Shown here: positions 62,483-64,000 of the stretch, one piece after another
Layout: the number at the start of each line of letters is the position of its first letter
Numbering within the stretch: the first letter of the stretch is position 1
Assembly: GCA_051362555.1 (NCBI GenBank)
Contig: CM120640.1
Span: 60,242,788 to 60,306,787 of the forward strand
Length of the DNA: 64,000 nucleotides
Reading direction: 5' to 3'
DNA from: Lingula anatina
Taxonomy: Eukaryota > Animalia > Brachiopoda
Translations under genes and position numbers: made by a program
The notes under the pieces: model-generated
What the model was told of the DNA's origin: nothing
Databases searched by the model: none
The model's input: only the letters and a program-made list of their open reading frames with translations

Positions 62483-64000
62483 TAAGTGATCTTGGGATTT
62501 TACCCTTTACGTGAAAACAGATATAGAAGAGGTTAGTTCAAGTGTATAGGCCTATGTGACGCTTCTCAAATAAAATAAATAAAAAAGAAGAAGAAAAAAA
62601 CGAGGTCCCACCCTCATGTTTGGTACGCTGTTTGAACTGCGTTACAATTTTAATGGACATTTTTGTCGATTCTTGTAGTTTTATTATCACGCACTTGGAT
62701 TACTTTTTAATTAGCAAGTGATAATCTGTTTGGAAAGTGTTTCTTATCTTTGATAGGGCCTACATGTATAACATCTACACTCCTCTTTTCACACTGTTCC
62801 AAGAAGAATTATAACCAAAAGAGCATGGCTTGTTTACCGAAACTTGTTGAAGTGAGGATGGCTTTTAATTTAAGCAAGGAGTTTCAACAGTTTCTGTTGT
62901 AACTCCTTGATTTAAGAGGACACAAATTTGTTTGTCTCATGTGTGTGCTTTATTTCCTTTACTCTTAATAAATGTATGTTCAATTTGTGAAGAGTATTGT
63001 ATTGTTTATTTTTGGGGAAAGGGAAATGCTTTCCTGGCGTCAATTGCTGATTTTGAAATTCATTGCAGTCAGTAGGTGGTAGTTTATATCCAGGTATTCT
63101 CGCCCTTCATCATCGTAAAAGTTCGGCAACTTTACCGCTGCCGCCAGAAGGCACTGTTTTCCCCTGGAGTATTTTCTATTTGCTATAATTCCATCAGAAT
63201 AAAAACACCCAATGTTTTTGAAGAATCTGTTTCATATGTTGTACACTAATACCAATGTAAGTTTTATAAATTAGTTCAACCTGTAACCATCAAAAGGTGT
63301 GTTCCTCTGTTGGGTAAAAAGTTGCCAACGCACCTGCTCACATGTTGCCTAACTATGAGATGCGAGGTGTGTGACCTCTTGTGTAAACACACTCGACCGC
63401 CTGAGCTTGGCAACAAACAACAAACTTCGGGAGAGCGTGGATATAGACACTACACAATGTTTCGGTGTATAATAACAAATTAGCATTGTTTCTTCAGATT
63501 TTGTAAAAGAAAGGGAATTTTGTCTGGAAACGGATAGAATACCGAAAATTTAAAAGAAGTCCAACCTAGAGCTAAGGGACAAGGATATTTAAAGTAAGTG
63601 AAGAGAAGATAAAATTTCAAGCACATTTCGCCGGCTATATTAGACTATATATAATGTCATGGTATATGGCATTAGCAAATATATTATATTATATTTAGGC
63701 AAATAGTGGCAAATAATTGACTTGTTTTCTATGGCGGTATATTTGTAAGAAGTACACGGTAAAAAGAGAAAAAATTACCCTATATTTTGAAGTCTGTAGA
63801 GATGGTGCCACATGACAAGAACAGAAATTCAGTTTCAATTAATGTATATTTTGATACCTGGTGCAGTTAAACATACAGTATTTCAGTATGTGACACAACA
63901 TGATTTAGTGTGTAGAAGATTAGCTTCACTAATCATTCATATAATACATTGTATTACTGCCTCATACCTTTCCTGTCTTAGTGTGTGTTTTTAGCAATTG

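Noticed and set aside
1-64000. tRNA, rRNA, snoRNA or prokaryotic/viral systems
   Set aside because: None could be recognised by eye. Intronic snoRNAs cannot be excluded without an Infernal/Rfam scan.

Overview
This is AT-rich, intron-rich eukaryotic genomic DNA. It is most likely from a protostome invertebrate, probably a lophotrochozoan (inferred from the long-rod intermediate filament gene). In order, it contains: the 3' half of NASP (+), TOE1 (-) head-to-head with MUTYH (+), a LURAP1-like adaptor (+), three tandem minus-strand genes sharing an unrecognised WxxWRxxxN...[YF]GIPR domain, an intronless single-pass membrane protein (+), SARAF (-), an RNF14-like RBR E3 ligase (+), and an intermediate-filament gene (+). 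Several non-autonomous DNA transposons lie in introns or between genes. The most notable observations are: (1) the intermediate-filament tail carries a catalytically dead copy of the neighbouring RNF14 RING2 domain, with the intron position preserved; (2) the three-gene family with the novel-looking domain; (3) NASP-TOE1-MUTYH-LURAP1 linkage as on human 1p34; (4) a duplicated terminal exon in SARAF; (5) a U12-type intron in NASP. All gene models were built by hand from splice signals and remembered homology; no searches were run.
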